Sequence record: NC_102531.1
Reading direction: 5' to 3' (one strand)
Origin: a phage
Length of the DNA stretch: 64,000 nt
In this document: positions 9,973-20,268 of the stretch, in pieces
Layout: every line of letters begins with the position of its first letter
Numbering within the stretch: position 1 is the stretch's first letter
Notes under the pieces: model-generated
What the model saw: only the letters and a program-made list of their open reading frames with translations
The model's database searches: none
Told to the model about the DNA's origin: nothing
Translations under genes and position numbers: made by a program

Positions 9973-10397
9973 CAGTTTTCTCCTTCAGGCTCTTCTACCA
10001 CAAAAAATCTATATCTCCCACCACCAGAGGTAACATATGCATCGCATTTTAAAACGGTAAACCATTTCAAGTCACCACGGATGTTAGGAAGTTGAATTTG
10101 ATCAGCCATTGCATATGTTCCTTCATCCGGACTATACAACTTGGTTGAGGAGTAAACTGTAAAAGCCTCGTACTGTCTGTCACCTTCAGGGTTTATTTGA
10201 GAGGAGTAATCTTTGGCTGCCCTTCCTGTCAACGGCTGCACAACACACTCTAAGACATCAAACTCTTCATACTCAAGTTCTAACCCCTCGTTGGCAAAAG
10301 GGCCACCAACTGTTTTGTTATACACTCTGTGGCGACCTTTGAATGTTTTACGAGGTATTAGTCTGTTCTTTCCTATCAGCTTATAACCTGCTGCCAC
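9972..10397 (-). CDS. hypothetical neck / head-tail joining protein
   Basis: 141-aa ORF, start/stop overlap with neighbour. Confidence 0.3.
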   Translation of the reverse strand: MAAGYKLIGKNRLIPRKTFKGRHRVYNKTVGGPFANEGLELEYEEFDVLECVVQPLTGRAAKDYSSQINPEGDRQYEAFTVYSSTKLYSPDEGTYAMADQIQLPNIRGDLKWFTVLKCDAYVTSGGGRYRFFVVEEPEGEN

Positions 10398-10412
10398 TCA
10401 ACCCCCTTATTT

Positions 10413-10883
10413 TTACTGTCCGATTTTAAAGGTTGCAGATTCAAGCAGCACATCGTAATGCCGCATAGCCTCGTTGAAGCCTTTCTCTTGTGCCCACTGC
10501 TCGCTAACAGTAGGATTACTAAACTGCCCAGCCTCAATAACAAACTGGATAGCTTTGGCCCCTGTGTCCCCCATCTGCTTAAGAATAGCCTCTGCACTTG
10601 ATCCTCTAGCCATAGCTCTCAACAATTTTTCTGTCAAGGTCTGTAATTGAGTGCTGTGAAATGCAAAGGCTGTCTCCATGAAATTGCGAACAGGCAGCCC
10701 GTTCCAACCGAAGTTGTGAATGGCTGCCAATGTTGCCATATTTAAGCCTGACGGGTGAGGTTCGTCATAAAAGCCGTAGGTTATTGTTTTACTTTCAAGT
10801 CTCACAAGTTCTTTGTAGAAGCGATCTAAACGCTTTAGGTTGAACCTTGTTTGACATTTAACCTTTAGCATTATATCCCTCAC
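10413..10883 (-). CDS. hypothetical head-tail connector protein
   Basis: 156-aa ORF in the connector region. Confidence 0.3.
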   Translation of the reverse strand: MRDIMLKVKCQTRFNLKRLDRFYKELVRLESKTITYGFYDEPHPSGLNMATLAAIHNFGWNGLPVRNFMETAFAFHSTQLQTLTEKLLRAMARGSSAEAILKQMGDTGAKAIQFVIEAGQFSNPTVSEQWAQEKGFNEAMRHYDVLLESATFKIGQ

Positions 10884-10924
10884 TAATGTATTTTACCACA
10901 AAGATACATCAAAAGCAACAATTT

Positions 10925-11602
10925 TTAAAAACTGCGTTTGCGTCTTGGGTGTCGAGGAGGTTGGTTATTTAGACCACTGATAGGTGTAATCCCCTGGACA
11001 TCGAACGGTCCGTTGCTGTTTTCATTAAATTTAACCCGAATTCCTTCGTCTACACGAACACCACCAATGATAATCATTCTGCTGTAAGCATCTAGCTCAG
11101 AATCTACATAGTCTGGGTGTGCCAGCAGCCAATCAAGGAAATCCTTCCATTGGGCGTAGGAAGATCCACCACGAATCTCTATGGTCTCATCACCTATTTT
11201 TTCCAGACGGGAAGTTATACTTGCATTACCACTGGACACTTCCTGCATCATCAGCCACCGCACAAGCTGCACAAGCACATTGTACTTAAGCAGAGGTAGC
11301 TTATCAGGGTCTGCTGGATAATTTAGTTTCAGCTTCTCCATGTCAAGGAATGTTTTAATTACCTCGTCAGGGAGGGTTTCCTCATCAACATTGCCAAGCA
11401 ACAACCTCATAATATTAATAAGGGGTTGGTCTGGATCAGGTTCCGGAGGTACAGGGTCTTCTTTTGGTGGTTCTTCTGGGGTATCAACTACACCATCATG
11501 GTTAGGCGGGGACTGGATAATCTCTTCATCTTCATACCATGCCATTTGAAAATACCTCGTAAAAATAAAGCCCCATTCCTGATTTGGAAGGGGCCTTAAC
11601 AA
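10925..11602 (-). CDS. hypothetical structural protein
   Basis: 225-aa ORF; Pro/Glu-rich linker PEEPPKEDPVPPEPDPDQP. Confidence 0.3.
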   Translation of the reverse strand: MLRPLPNQEWGFIFTRYFQMAWYEDEEIIQSPPNHDGVVDTPEEPPKEDPVPPEPDPDQPLINIMRLLLGNVDEETLPDEVIKTFLDMEKLKLNYPADPDKLPLLKYNVLVQLVRWLMMQEVSSGNASITSRLEKIGDETIEIRGGSSYAQWKDFLDWLLAHPDYVDSELDAYSRMIIIGGVRVDEGIRVKFNENSNGPFDVQGITPISGLNNQPPRHPRRKRSF

Positions 11603-11604
11603 AA

Positions 11605-12453
11605 TTATGCCAGTGCAGCCTCAAAATCTTTCATCATATTTTGGAAAGTTTTTGCCTTACTTAAGGTAACACCGTACTCTTTGGCGAAGGTTTGGAGTGC
11701 ATCTTTTGAACCACTTTTGTCATCTTCGTTGTTAAGAGCTGCGGCCTGCTGTAGTATGGCATCAACATCACTGCGAGAAGATCTTGATTCTTGTGCCTGT
11801 TCAGGATCCTGCTCAGTGCCTTCCTCCGGTGCAGTCGGGCCTTGGGATTCTTCACCACCACCACCAGGTTCAGTAGGACCTACAGGCGGCTCCGGCTCTG
11901 GTTCAGGCGGTGGAGCTATCGTAGAGACCAGTCCAAGATTTACAACCTGAGAACGTTTCTTAGGCCACTCAATGGTGAAAGTTTGGGTATCTTCTTCATA
12001 AACAATGCTGCATTGCTCATCGTTTATGGTCACTTTTTTAGGCATCCCTACAGGGTCCCATAGATGGCCCTCTGCCACGGAAACTTGGAAAGCCGCATCT
12101 ACCTCTTTAAACACTGACGGGGTGAGTGTGATATTGACATCCCCGCTTTGCAGTGTTAAAGTGCTTTCATCAAGGTTCTCTGTGAAGAACAGAAGAATAA
12201 CACCCATACGGATAGTTGAAATACCAGTATCAATTGGCAGTCCTGTATGTTTTGCAATCTTCTCGAAGAAGTCTACAATCGTTCTGCACGGATAGTGAAC
12301 ACTGCCGATAACGAATTCTGTTGGTGGCAGAAGGGCTGATAAGCCAACATTGATTTCTGGGTTATATTGTGCTAAAAATTGATAAAAACTTAACTGATTG
12401 TTGAAAACTCTTAATAGAGGATCATACTCAACTGGGTAGACGGTTCGCTTCAC
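11605..12453 (-). CDS. hypothetical structural protein with PE-rich linker
   Basis: 282-aa ORF; PPPEPEPEPPVGPTEPGGGG linker. Confidence 0.3.
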   Translation of the reverse strand: MKRTVYPVEYDPLLRVFNNQLSFYQFLAQYNPEINVGLSALLPPTEFVIGSVHYPCRTIVDFFEKIAKHTGLPIDTGISTIRMGVILLFFTENLDESTLTLQSGDVNITLTPSVFKEVDAAFQVSVAEGHLWDPVGMPKKVTINDEQCSIVYEEDTQTFTIEWPKKRSQVVNLGLVSTIAPPPEPEPEPPVGPTEPGGGGEESQGPTAPEEGTEQDPEQAQESRSSRSDVDAILQQAAALNNEDDKSGSKDALQTFAKEYGVTLSKAKTFQNMMKDFEAALA

Positions 12454-12469
12454 GGGACACTCCTGTTAA

Positions 12470-12510
12470 ACCCTAATAAATAAAAAGGGGAGGGGGAGAA
12501 CCCCCTCCCC
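12470..12510 (-). terminator. rho-independent terminator candidate
   Basis: Minus-strand GGGGAGGGGG-ttct-CCCCCTCCCC followed by TTTTTATTTATT downstream of the capsid gene. Confidence 0.65.
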
Positions 12511-12534
12511 ATATGGGATGAATCACCGTAGTGA

Positions 12535-13548
12535 TTATTCACTTTTCAGAGTTGCTTTAACAACCAGCTCTGGACGGGTGTTAACTGCCAGCATAGAGGT
12601 TTCAGATTCGATTTTCTGTTCTCTCAGGTAGGCAGAGTGTTTATACCACATATACAGTTCTTGTGCTGGGGTATTTGCATCTTCCACAGTGTCAGCTGGA
12701 GCAAAGTGCAGCTGGAACATCTGATCGATACCCATAGGCATCAGGCGAGCCTCACCGTCCGGAATGTTACCAGAGATGTCTTCGATGAAGGTCATGCCTT
12801 TGTGTTCGAACACACGGTAAATGCTCTGTTCGCCACCTGCACCCAGACGACGACGCAGCGGTTCCTGAGAAGAGCTGTAGTAGGTGTAAGCCAGCTCTAC
12901 CAGCGGATGATGAACCAGTGCAGAGAAGAATTTCGGAGAGCACAGCGCGATGATGTTGTAAGCACCAGCGTTGTCGCCAGCCTGAAGAGCAATGTGCAGA
13001 CGTGCATCTTCGATTACTTCCATCGGGTCCTGTGCTGCATTTTTAGGATCGATTTCGATAGATTTCTGGGAAACGCCCCACAGTTTGTAATAGTCATACT
13101 GACAGGTTGCATCACCAGGTGCATAGGATTTACCCAGAACTGCAGCAAAAAGAGCTTTTTCACGTAGGGTTTCGTGGCTCAGACGAATACGACGAACTAC
13201 ACGAGTAACCACGTCTTGCACAGTTTTCGGTGCATCCGGAGTGAAGTAGCGACGGAAGTTCTGAACGTCCGCAGCAGTGATTCCCTTATCCAGCGGGAAG
13301 AACGGGATGTTCAGGTTTTTGATCTGTGCACGTTCGCTATCAACGTAGTTACGTTCACCACCACGACGACGAGCGGCGATATCACCAACCACTTCATCAA
13401 CACGTTCGATCTGTGCGATTGTTGAGGTGCCAAGATGGGTTTCAAACAGATCCATACCAGTGATCAGGCGATATTGGCGCGGAACCAGTTCAAGAGTAGC
13501 ACCTAAATCAACAATACCAAAATCATCTTTACGCATTATTTTCTCCAA
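12535..13548 (-). CDS. putative major capsid protein
   Basis: 337-aa ORF downstream of scaffold and decoration-like genes, followed by a strong terminator; synteny and size. Confidence 0.5.
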   Translation of the reverse strand: MEKIMRKDDFGIVDLGATLELVPRQYRLITGMDLFETHLGTSTIAQIERVDEVVGDIAARRRGGERNYVDSERAQIKNLNIPFFPLDKGITAADVQNFRRYFTPDAPKTVQDVVTRVVRRIRLSHETLREKALFAAVLGKSYAPGDATCQYDYYKLWGVSQKSIEIDPKNAAQDPMEVIEDARLHIALQAGDNAGAYNIIALCSPKFFSALVHHPLVELAYTYYSSSQEPLRRRLGAGGEQSIYRVFEHKGMTFIEDISGNIPDGEARLMPMGIDQMFQLHFAPADTVEDANTPAQELYMWYKHSAYLREQKIESETSMLAVNTRPELVVKATLKSE

Positions 13549-13583
13549 ATAACTTTAAAATTTTGTTTCCCAAAGATCTAGGA

Positions 13584-13958
13584 TTATTCCTGAACTTTGT
13601 TGCCTTTGGCTTCGAGAGCTTCCAGAACTGCAGCAGGTGCAGCCGTGCCGCCAGCCACTTTAAGATGTTTTTTAGCGAAAGTAACGCCACGAACAGCAAC
13701 AACCAGTTTATACTTCTCGCCAACTTTCAGAGGCTCTGCCAGATTAACTTTACCAGAATCGTCAGGCAGAAGAGCGCGGTCAACCAGTACACCAAAGGTA
13801 TCTGAGCCATCTTGATTAGCCAGAGTGCCAGTTTTGGTAACTACTGCGCCAGCAACGTGATCAGCAGTAAGGGTAATTTCAATCTCTTTAAAGTTGAAAC
13901 CTGCATCGCTTGCATCTACTTTGCCGAGCACGATATCAGAATATTGAGTGGTGATCAT
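13584..13958 (-). CDS. putative head decoration / accessory capsid protein
   Basis: 124-aa Gly/Ala/Val-rich ORF between scaffold and capsid genes. Confidence 0.35.
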   Translation of the reverse strand: MITTQYSDIVLGKVDASDAGFNFKEIEITLTADHVAGAVVTKTGTLANQDGSDTFGVLVDRALLPDDSGKVNLAEPLKVGEKYKLVVAVRGVTFAKKHLKVAGGTAAPAAVLEALEAKGNKVQE

Positions 13959-13979
13959 TATTTTCCCCTATTACGCAAA

Positions 13980-14960
13980 TTATTTATTAGATTCTTTACG
14001 TGCACGAGCCAGAGCTTTAGCGACGTTTTCAGCAATAATATCTTCAGCAGATTTAGCAATGTCATCTACTACGACATCACCATCTTTGCCTTGCTCGGTA
14101 GTTGCGAACTCATCTTTAGCTTTTTCAACCTCAGCTTCCAGTTCAGCAATACGAGCTTGGGCTTTTTCCAGCAATGCAACAACAGAAGCATTAGCTTTGT
14201 CCAGCATGAATTCGACCAGAGTTGTGTGATCTTCTTCAGTAGCGAAGCTTAACGCTTGAGCTTTTTCCAGCATTTTAGCTTTTTCAACTTCTACCTGAGC
14301 CTTGATGATTTCTTCAGCTTTTTCATTGGTAGCCTTCAGTTCTTCGAACTGTTTCAGCAGGTCCAGGTACTCTTGAGACTTGGTTACGTCTTCCACCGGA
14401 TTCTCCTCGGTATTTGCGGATTTATCAACATTGTCCACAGCATCAGTAACAACCTCTTCTGTGGTTTCCTGTGCCGCTTTAATAAGTTTCCCTTCTTCAT
14501 CGAAGAGATCAGCGGTCATCTGCTCAAAAACTTGTTGGGTTTTTAACAGGGTGTATTGGTCAACAATACTTAAATCTTTACCTTCTTTAGCAGCTTTGTG
14601 AATGGTTACGTTGTCACAACGTTCTTCTAACCACCGCACACAAGCCTCTGCATCAGCCTGCGCCCACTCCCAATCTGGGTGTTCTTTTGCCCAAGCTTCT
14701 TCTTCAATCTCGAACCCGAGCAGGTGAGCCAGTGCCTTAGCATCGTCATACCACATATCGAAGAAACGACGAAGGTATTCTTCAAAGCTAAGTTCAACAG
14801 TAACTTGGCGAAGAGCCTTAACAATATCCTCTGTCAACTGCTCAGGCTGAAGATCGCTCTTCATTAAAAGAGATACAGGTCGATTGTTAGCGCTATAGCC
14901 TTGCGCCTTATGGCACAGGGCAATCCCTTTCTCTTTAATAGTGATTGTTTTTTCAGACAT
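13980..14960 (-). CDS. putative scaffolding protein
   Basis: 326-aa acidic protein with long Glu/Lys/Ala heptad-like C-terminal half; located between portal and capsid genes. Confidence 0.45.
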   Translation of the reverse strand: MSEKTITIKEKGIALCHKAQGYSANNRPVSLLMKSDLQPEQLTEDIVKALRQVTVELSFEEYLRRFFDMWYDDAKALAHLLGFEIEEEAWAKEHPDWEWAQADAEACVRWLEERCDNVTIHKAAKEGKDLSIVDQYTLLKTQQVFEQMTADLFDEEGKLIKAAQETTEEVVTDAVDNVDKSANTEENPVEDVTKSQEYLDLLKQFEELKATNEKAEEIIKAQVEVEKAKMLEKAQALSFATEEDHTTLVEFMLDKANASVVALLEKAQARIAELEAEVEKAKDEFATTEQGKDGDVVVDDIAKSAEDIIAENVAKALARARKESNK

Positions 14961-15379
14961 TACTCATTGCCCTCTTCTACAACACTGATCCCGAAGTTTA
15001 CGTTGGTGATCTCTCCAGTTTCTTCATCAACATTACCAGTTGCCTGAATGCTTAGGCCACCAACAATGCCAGCCTTCTTAGCTTCCCATAACTCAGGATT
15101 ATTGTATTTAACTTTAGCAACCCAAGAGCCAGCCTTGATGACCTGCTCAGTGCCAATTACTACAACATCAAACTCTTCTTGAATCCACGTCTTTTCAATA
15201 GTGAAAGCATCTGTAGAGGTCAAGTGAAAAAGGTTTTCAGAAACTAGGCCTGCGGCGTATGCTGCGTCCCAGTTATCTTTAGCCTTTTTGATGGTGTCTT
15301 TACTCATCCACTCACCGTGAGCATCTTTAGTGTCAGGTTCGTAGATGATTTCGTAGGAAATCATTTCTTCCTGTGGCAT
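14960..15379 (-). CDS. hypothetical head morphogenesis protein
   Basis: Track ORF 14960..15535 overlaps the portal 3' end; an internal ATG at 15379 avoids the overlap. No protease motif recognised. Confidence 0.3.
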   Translation of the reverse strand: MPQEEMISYEIIYEPDTKDAHGEWMSKDTIKKAKDNWDAAYAAGLVSENLFHLTSTDAFTIEKTWIQEEFDVVVIGTEQVIKAGSWVAKVKYNNPELWEAKKAGIVGGLSIQATGNVDEETGEITNVNFGISVVEEGNE

Positions 15380-15446
15380 CTTATTCCCCATGTGGATTAT
15401 TTTATCACGCCAAAGGAGGTTTTGCAACCCCCTGTGTTGATAATTT

Positions 15447-17003
15447 TTAATTTTCCATGTTGGATATGGAATTATCTCTGGTTGATGACATCTTAGAAGT
15501 GCCGTTGCCAGTGGATCCTGCAGCCATTCCATCACCAGCCCTACTAATGTCCTGGCCCAAGAGCTTCATCAGCTCTTCCTGATCCATGTCCTCGTCAAAT
15601 CTTTCATCAAACCCGCCTACTTCAAGAATCTTATTAATTACCGCAGGAGTTTTTGGCAAGTAACCTACAGCACCGATCCTCTGGACAAACTTGGAGAAGC
15701 TCTCCATATCCACTTCTTCAATCAGACCAGGTTTCAGTTTAGGCATATCATCATCTTCAAGGATGATACCATTCAATGCCAGAAGCTGTGGAATAAGATC
15801 TTTATTGAAGGCCTCAGTGATAATATCTATATCACGCTGAACAAAATGACCATGGATAGACTGTTTTGACTCAGACAGAGAGAAGGATCCAACGTTATCG
15901 TTACCGAGGTTAATAAAGCCAGCACCGAAACGGTCAAGAATCGCCTTCTTACGGGCATCAATCAAATCTTTAGTGGAATACTGCTTACCCATACCGTCAA
16001 CCCCCTTCAGGGTCATGGAGTAAAGCTCTTTACCAGACTTATCTCTATCAGACGGAAGTATAAAGAAACTTTGCTCACCACTATGGGCGTTTGCTGCGTC
16101 AAGCATAAGGTCTGCAACCATCCTCCCTTCCATTGAATTCGGGTCAATGCTGGCCTTGTTCAAAATATTGGAAGGAATTTTCAGCTCAAGCACACCACCA
16201 AGGTCTTTGGAACAGCCAACAACCTCAAGGTTTTCAATCAGAACTTTCTCACGGAAAGATCTGTAGCAACCTATCATCGGTGACACACCTGCGGGGTTAG
16301 ATTCTGTTCCTGACAGGGTCATGAGCATAAGCTTTTTAGCAGGGATGAAAATTTCAGGCTCATTAAAGCCTTTTGAAGGCATTGCAGCAAGAGGTCCAGC
16401 CCAGCGTGCATTCTGAGTGTTTAGAAATGCATTAGGTGATTGATAAATACCTGTCAGTGTTCTACTATTCTTGTCAAAGACAAACGGCTCTGATCTGGAC
16501 AAACTGGCCTGAGGTCGGAATGCAATTTTATCAATAAGAAGCATCCCGGCATATTTACCTTCTTTCTCTCTGCGGTATACTTTCTCAAACAGTGAAAAAC
16601 CATACTCGTTAAAGGTAGCCGCGCTTCTTGCAATATCTCGAAGAGTTTGTTGGTTTGCCAAATTACGCAAAGAATACTCTATAAGCTCGGCAGCTTTCTT
16701 AGAGTCTTCACTTTTAACATTATAAAGGATCTTAAAATCATTGAATGCTTTCGTGATGAAAACATATTTTGTATCTAAGGCAGTAGCAACTGTGGAATCA
16801 CATTTCATAGTCTCCACTGTAGCAATCAGTTGAGGCCAACGCAATTCCTCAACCATCATAGATTGCGATTCTGCCATAATTTGGGAAAGTGCGCCAGAAC
16901 CGATCTCACTCATACGAACATTATGAGTTGGTGCGCCTGCGTTCCCAGATTTATTCACAGTTTTGGCTGTGGCGTTGTGTTTCCTGCGGTTCTTTTTGGA
17001 CAC
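15447..17003 (-). CDS. putative portal protein
   Basis: 518-aa ORF directly downstream of the terminase large subunit; size and synteny. Confidence 0.55.
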   Translation of the reverse strand: MSKKNRRKHNATAKTVNKSGNAGAPTHNVRMSEIGSGALSQIMAESQSMMVEELRWPQLIATVETMKCDSTVATALDTKYVFITKAFNDFKILYNVKSEDSKKAAELIEYSLRNLANQQTLRDIARSAATFNEYGFSLFEKVYRREKEGKYAGMLLIDKIAFRPQASLSRSEPFVFDKNSRTLTGIYQSPNAFLNTQNARWAGPLAAMPSKGFNEPEIFIPAKKLMLMTLSGTESNPAGVSPMIGCYRSFREKVLIENLEVVGCSKDLGGVLELKIPSNILNKASIDPNSMEGRMVADLMLDAANAHSGEQSFFILPSDRDKSGKELYSMTLKGVDGMGKQYSTKDLIDARKKAILDRFGAGFINLGNDNVGSFSLSESKQSIHGHFVQRDIDIITEAFNKDLIPQLLALNGIILEDDDMPKLKPGLIEEVDMESFSKFVQRIGAVGYLPKTPAVINKILEVGGFDERFDEDMDQEELMKLLGQDISRAGDGMAAGSTGNGTSKMSSTRDNSISNMEN

Positions 17004-17011
17004 AAGCTTTA

Positions 17012-17046
17012 CCCCTCAAAACAGTATAACAAAATAGCCCTCGTGT
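17012..17046 (-). terminator. hairpin plus U-tract (terminator candidate)
   Basis: Minus-strand AGCCCTC-taacac-GAGGGCT followed by ATTTTGTTAT. Confidence 0.4.
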
Positions 17047-17105
17047 TAGAGGGCTAGTATCTCCGATTACTCTATTCTACCACATCTAATTAAGATTGGC
17101 AACAC

Positions 17106-18194
17106 TTAGATAAAACGCTTGAACATAGAAGGTGATGAGATTGATGGAATCACACAAGGAAGTGCTACCTCCTCTTTCTCCAGGAAATTAATCGCAGAAG
17201 CTACACAGTCAGCCCAGTCGTCTTTTCTGTTAAATGTTGATCTTTCCCCGTTGAATTTTTCAAGTTCGGTCAGAAATGCTTCCAGAGTATCAGGATGGAA
17301 ACTGGATTTTACAATCCTTACCATTCCTTGTTGGGCAAGATTGGCAAAAGGTGAGAACCTTGTCAGTTTAGACTTGTTGGAAGGCATTGGGTCTTCTTCA
17401 ACCCTAAACCCTTCGGCAAGCAAGGATCTGGAGGAGGTTAAGAACTCACTCTTACCTGCCTGACCGGGGTCCACAGAGAATACGATTATACAATCATCAC
17501 CATCAAACTGCGCCTGTTTCCTGATGATCACATCTCGTTCACCAGCCTTTTTACAGAACTTACCTTCCAGACCTGTGGAATACCTCCCGTCATCCACGTT
17601 CTCAGGACAATAATCCCCGGACAGGTAATAAAAGCCGTCGCTATCTTTACTTACCTTAACACTGGCGGTAAAGTCAGGAAATTTATTACCGGAAGTTCTC
17701 TCGGTTCCTGCTTTATCCCATGCCCTGCAAGACACTGATCCAAGGGGTACTCTATCGGCATCACGAAGGAAAGATCTTTGAAAATAGTTTGCACCCTCAG
17801 GCTTTGCAAACCAGTTACCATGGAGAAGCTGAGCTTTTTCAAGCTCGGGCAGACCTTCAAGGAAAGCAAGGTATTCTGGGTTGTCTCTCAAGCAGACAGG
17901 ATTATCGAATATTGTTGCGCCTATAAACGAGAATGACAACGGTCTCGGCTTGATCTCTACACCCAGTCCGTTAACAGTGGTGTATTTCTCTATCAACTCT
18001 TCTTTAGAGTCTCCCCAGATAAATTCACCGTCGCGTCGGATAAAATATCTTTTCTTACCGCATTTCTCCGGATCTGGATACCCCTCATCGTCCAACCACC
18101 ACCTAACCAGTTTGGCAAGCATGTGTTCTGAATCGGGGTTACAGCTGATAACCATTCTTGATGGATACTTTGACTGAGATCGCAGACGAGACAT
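17106..18194 (-). CDS. terL: terminase large subunit, exon 2 (nuclease domain)
   Basis: 362-aa ORF; frame is open only about 12 codons upstream of the first Met, so it cannot be contiguous with the ATPase exon; follows the Walker A/B exon across an intron. Confidence 0.75.
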   Translation of the reverse strand: MSRLRSQSKYPSRMVISCNPDSEHMLAKLVRWWLDDEGYPDPEKCGKKRYFIRRDGEFIWGDSKEELIEKYTTVNGLGVEIKPRPLSFSFIGATIFDNPVCLRDNPEYLAFLEGLPELEKAQLLHGNWFAKPEGANYFQRSFLRDADRVPLGSVSCRAWDKAGTERTSGNKFPDFTASVKVSKDSDGFYYLSGDYCPENVDDGRYSTGLEGKFCKKAGERDVIIRKQAQFDGDDCIIVFSVDPGQAGKSEFLTSSRSLLAEGFRVEEDPMPSNKSKLTRFSPFANLAQQGMVRIVKSSFHPDTLEAFLTELEKFNGERSTFNRKDDWADCVASAINFLEKEEVALPCVIPSISSPSMFKRFI

Positions 18195-18209
18195 CAGGTA
18201 GTCTATCTG

Positions 18210-19109
18210 CTCCCATTCGAATTGTGTCGTTTATGTTCGGGCAAGGTCGCTAGTCTTGCCCCGCCATTTTCAGGCAGCTGCATGTCTCCATGCAGACCAG
18301 ACTATATCTTATGAATGTGTAAATACTCTGCCGCTCTAAGAATAGTTTCCTCATCTTCTTGGAAGAAACCTAAAGCTCTGTTGCATTTATCACAAAGCAA
18401 CCCTCTTACAGCACCAGTTTTATGGTCATGATCAACACAAAAGAAATCTCTGTACCCTTGCATCCTATACTCATTAAGAGATATTCTACAAATGGCACAC
18501 TTATGATCTTGATCTGAGAGTAGACGATAGTATTCATCTTTTGTTATGTGAAATTTCTTCTCAATCTGATAAAACTTTTCACACATCTTACACCTGTTCG
18601 TAACCAGATATACTTTACCATAGTCACGTTTTGTGTAAAAACTATCAGCGAGCATACTTTCATGACAAGATTTGCATTCAAAAAGTTCACCTTTCTTCAG
18701 CAAGTCTTGAATAAACAATGCTGCGTCATCTCTCTTAACCATATTTTTATTTTTACGAGATCCACCCTTCCTGTAGTACATATAGCATTCCTTGCATGTA
18801 CCTGAGTATCCATCCTTGCTCTTAGATGATAAAAAGAAATCATCAATAGGCAGAACTCTTTGGCAATCCATACATTTTTAGTATTACACATTCACCCTCC
18901 CGTTTCGAATCGCTTGATTCTACGTCTTTCGACTAGTCGTTGAACGTTCATCCTCTCGGATGCTTCGCTGCGGATTATCTAAATTAACACACTGTTACCC
19001 TACCTTCGATCTCTCTTCGAAGCCTCTATTATGTTACCATAACAGGTTGGTGGTGTCAATAATAAAGATTTCCCCGCAATTAGGGAGGTTTTACGAGAGC
19101 TACAAATTA
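18210..19109 (-). mobile_element. group I intron interrupting terL (boundaries approximate)
   Basis: About 900 nt between the Walker B exon (ends ...MVCFDEG then stop) and exon 2. The 5' part contains strings resembling group I core elements (TAATTGCGGGGAAAT, AATCCGCAGC, GTTCAACGACTAGTCG); an HNH ORF lies in the 3' part. Confidence 0.6.
18302..18871 (-). CDS. intron-encoded HNH / endonuclease VII-family homing endonuclease
   Basis: 189 aa with CAICRISL...FCVDHDHKTGAVRGLLCDKCNRALG, the Endo VII-type Cys-DHDH-GxVRGLLC-CN signature; sits inside the terL intron. Confidence 0.7.
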   Translation of the reverse strand: MDCQRVLPIDDFFLSSKSKDGYSGTCKECYMYYRKGGSRKNKNMVKRDDAALFIQDLLKKGELFECKSCHESMLADSFYTKRDYGKVYLVTNRCKMCEKFYQIEKKFHITKDEYYRLLSDQDHKCAICRISLNEYRMQGYRDFFCVDHDHKTGAVRGLLCDKCNRALGFFQEDEETILRAAEYLHIHKI

Positions 19110-19535
19110 ACCCTCATCGAAGCAAACCATGGTGTACTCAAGACCCTGATGGTTAAGCTTATCTTGCACATACTCCATATGGCAGTATTTTACAACAGCT
19201 CCCTTTTTGCTTCTATCCCACTTACCAGTGTTCGGATCAAACCGTGGAAAAATGAACTTATGATCCTTCTCTCTGAACTTTGGCTTAATGTTTTCAGGCA
19301 GATCACTATAAATAGCTACTGCTTTAGGCCATAGTCCACCCTCACCTTCCAACTGTGGGGTTGTTCTTCGGAACATAACCACAGAGCTGTGTGGGTCATC
19401 AATAATTTTAAGTGGCATCAACTGCAAGAGGAACGACTTGCCAGACCCTGCGGCACCGCCGATTACCAAGATATCTGCATCGTTTTCGAGGATCATCTTC
19501 TGCTTTTCAGAACACGGTCCGTAAATCTTAGACAT
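19110..19535 (-). CDS. terL: terminase large subunit, exon 1 (ATPase domain)
   Basis: Walker A GGAAGSGKS and Walker B-like ...MVCFDE at the exon end; in-frame stop lies immediately inside the intron. Confidence 0.8.
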
Positions 19536-19822
19536 TAACCTCTCTCCTTTGGAAACAGTGTTCTAATATAGTCTTGCAAAATGATCAATTTAGCTCTATC
19601 ATTGCTACAAGACAGATTATTATCCCTCATAATGCCAGAATTCACTGCATCTGGCGCACCTTTCTTCAAAGGCATAGCTTTAGCAGGTGGTTTCATGGCA
19701 CCTTCTGGGGGTTTAACAATCAACCTTCCTACATCCGGAGGGTCAATCTTGTATTCTCTCTCAACGCTGGTTGCACACCCACATAATAACAAGCACGCAA
19801 TAAACAGTGTGGCAACTCTCAT
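19535..19822 (-). CDS. o-spanin (Rz1-like outer-membrane lipoprotein)
   Basis: 95 aa; signal peptide with lipobox-like LLLCGC, proline-rich KPPEGAMKPPAKAMP, C-terminus ...PKERG recalling lambda Rz1 ...SPSERG. Confidence 0.65.
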   Translation of the reverse strand: MRVATLFIACLLLCGCATSVEREYKIDPPDVGRLIVKPPEGAMKPPAKAMPLKKGAPDAVNSGIMRDNNLSCSNDRAKLIILQDYIRTLFPKERG

Positions 19823-20217
19823 CGATCCTCCTGATTGATACTCTCATTATAAATATCTATAAGCTGATCAGGAAGTGTTGACTTCTTACCTTCAGGTGAT
19901 TGGAGGTAGATAATCTGCTTTTCTCTACCTGCCCTCTCAGCTATATTTAATTTATCCTGTAGATCAGAAAGGGATTTTTCAAGGTTTTTAACCTCCTCTG
20001 CGTGGCCCATTTTAATTTTGTCGGCCTGCTTTTGTTGATGATCAAGGATCCGTTCCCACTTCAACTCTGTTGCTAACACACCTTCTTGGTAGGCTTCATT
20101 AAGCTTAGAGTTAAACCAATACACGGCCCCAAGATAAGCTGTACCTATAGCCGCTGCAAAAACTAAACCTTTTATGATCCCTCTATACCTACTCAGCCAT
20201 GTTAAACCTGAAATCAT
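19819..20217 (-). CDS. i-spanin (Rz-like)
   Basis: 132 aa; N-terminal TM helix GLVFAAAIGTAYLGAVYWF then coiled-coil-like periplasmic domain; 4-nt overlap with the o-spanin gene. Confidence 0.6.
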   Translation of the reverse strand: MISGLTWLSRYRGIIKGLVFAAAIGTAYLGAVYWFNSKLNEAYQEGVLATELKWERILDHQQKQADKIKMGHAEEVKNLEKSLSDLQDKLNIAERAGREKQIIYLQSPEGKKSTLPDQLIDIYNESINQEDR

Positions 20218-20227
20218 TTTAAGGCTC

Positions 20228-20268
20228 CAGAAACGAAAAAACCCCGCAGCTATACAGCTAACGGGGCG
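20228..20268 (-). terminator. rho-independent terminator candidate
   Basis: Minus-strand CCCCG...CGGGG hairpin followed by TTTTTTCGTTT. Confidence 0.5.
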
